From NCBI GenBank assembly GCA_038131935.1, contig JAYPQH010000019.1, forward strand, positions 1 to 19,648: a stretch of DNA of 19,648 bases, in the 5' to 3' direction. The notes under the pieces were generated by a model. The model was not told where the DNA came from. It searched no databases and saw only the letters and a program-made list of their open reading frames with translations. Source of the DNA: Alphaproteobacteria bacterium. GTDB taxonomy: Bacteria; Pseudomonadota; Alphaproteobacteria; UBA8317. Made by a program: the position numbers and the translations under genes. Positions 18,322 to 19,648 of this stretch are shown one piece after another. Every line of letters starts with the position of its first letter. The stretch's first letter is position 1.

Positions 18322-19190
18322 TGCTCACCGATGCTTTACGTTCATTGTTATACATCCCAGTACTGGGCGAAAAATTTATTGCACGCGCCTCAGAGCGTGG
18401 TGCAGATGGCATTATTTTGGATTTGGAAGATGCTATTGCACCACATATGAAAGAGGAGGCAAGAGAAGCACTACCGCAGGCCATTCAAGCATTACGCCAA
18501 CAGAATATTCAACAAATTCTGGTACGTATTAACCGCCCATTGGGACTTGCTATCCCAGACATTAAAGCTGCGATCGATGCAGGTGCAGATGCTCTGTGTT
18601 TGCCCAAAATTGACCATCCAGAACAAATACATCTGATTGATGAATATGTTGATGAGTGTCAACAAGGCTCTGATCATCAAGATGTCCATTATTTGGTTCT
18701 TATTGAAACGGCGCGTGGGATACAAAATGTTGCTGACATCGCACAAGCAAGCCCACGTATAAAAGCGATTACAATGGGCAATGAAGACCTAGCTGCAGAT
18801 CTTGGCCTACCTGATTCAGATCCCGAATTGATGGCTTCCTATGATGCCCTGGTGCGTTTGGTAGCAAGAGCAGCAGGTGTGATCTCCATGGGTTACAATT
18901 GCTCTATCGCGGAATTCATTGATCTGACAAATTTGAGAAAGCGTGAGGGCAAAGTGCATGGGGCATTTGGGAGGCATGTGTATTCACCCAAAACAAGTTC
19001 CTTGCCTGAACAGAGCTTTTCAACCAGACCCAGAGGATGTCGTTGAAGCCGAAGCTCTTTTAGATGCATTCAATACAGCTTTGGCACAAGGTTTAGGGGC
19101 TGTCGCATACAAAGGTAAAATGATTGATAAGCTATTGTAGAAAGGGCTGAACGTTTGGTAGCACGCGCAAAACTCATTGGAACCTTGTAA
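18318..19190 (+). CDS. HpcH/HpaI aldolase / citrate lyase beta (CitE)-family CoA-ester lyase, apparent frameshifts near 18940 and 19132
   Basis: RSLLYIP, ADGIILDLEDAI, LVRIN, LPK, LIETARG and GNEDLAADLG. Shifted frames supply MGHLGGMCIHPKQV...GKMIDK and (P)IVERAERLVARAKLIGTL, stop at 19188-19190. The start overlaps the upstream stop (ATGA). Confidence 0.88.
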
Positions 19191-19240
19191 ACCTCAGATG
19201 AGATGATTGGAACTTACGTAACCACAAATTAGGAAATGAC

Positions 19241-19636
19241 ATGTCGAAACAAACAAAACCCAATATGGATGAACTTCTCGAAAAGGGATTGGCCAAAAGA
19301 CGCGCAACGCTTGGAGACGCTTATGTTGACCGCGCAATGAGTGGCGAAGATGAATTGATGGCGGAATTCCAGCCTGCAATGACGGCTTGGGCTTGGGGAT
19401 TTGGCTGGGGAGATGAAACAATTGATGTCAAAACACGCTCCATGATGAATCTGGCCATGATAGCTGCATTGGGCAAAATGCACGAATGGGAACTACATTG
19501 CCGCGGCGCTTTGCGTAATGGTGTCACAAAGGATGAAATCAAAGCCATTATTCACGTCGTTAATCTATTGTGGTGTCCTCAATCATTAGAATGTTTCCGT
19601 GTGCCAAAAAGGTTTTTAGCAAATAATGTAAATTGA
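19241..19636 (+). CDS. Carboxymuconolactone decarboxylase (PcaC/CMD)-family protein
   Basis: GLAKRRATLGDAYVDRA, FQ..MT..AWG..W, KTRSMMNLAMIAALG..HE..LH.RGALRNGVTKDEI. The conserved IYCGVP is readable only in an alternative frame at about 19563-19579. Confidence 0.87.
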   Translation: MSKQTKPNMDELLEKGLAKRRATLGDAYVDRAMSGEDELMAEFQPAMTAWAWGFGWGDETIDVKTRSMMNLAMIAALGKMHEWELHCRGALRNGVTKDEIKAIIHVVNLLWCPQSLECFRVPKRFLANNVN

Positions 19637-19648
19637 ACAAGTACAACA

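Noticed and set aside
1-19648. CRISPR arrays, tRNA/rRNA genes, transposases, integrases
   Set aside because: No regularly spaced repeats, structured-RNA signatures or recombinase/transposase motifs were seen by eye; almost all sequence is explained by CDSs.

Overview
Bacterial window, probably proteobacterial (inferred from gene content), in two parts. (1) Positions 1-1332 are a tandem toxin-antitoxin patch: the 3' end of an antidote gene plus doc, then yefM plus a frameshifted yoeB that the ORF track misses, then a degenerate orphan AbrB/SpoVT-type antitoxin. (2) Positions 1366-19636 are a dense organic-acid/acyl-CoA catabolic cluster with no regulator in the window. It encodes a PaaI thioesterase, TauD-family dioxygenase, solute-binding-fold protein without a signal peptide, EamA/DMT transporter, double-domain rhodanese, PcaB/adenylosuccinate-lyase-like lyase, two crotonases, acyl-CoA ligase, MmgE/PrpD-family protein, acyl-CoA dehydrogenase, HMG-CoA-lyase-like enzyme, two CaiB/BaiF CoA-transferases, MFS transporter, an SDR lacking the catalytic Tyr, a CitE-family lyase and a carboxymuconolactone-decarboxylase-family protein. 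The set resembles, but does not match, known itaconate/methylsuccinate/citramalate and HMG pathways, and may degrade an uncharacterised substituted dicarboxylate. Ten genes carry 1-2 nt indels, some hidden as compensating shifts inside open ORFs, which most likely reflects unpolished long-read sequence. All product calls come from motifs recognised by eye; no database search was run.
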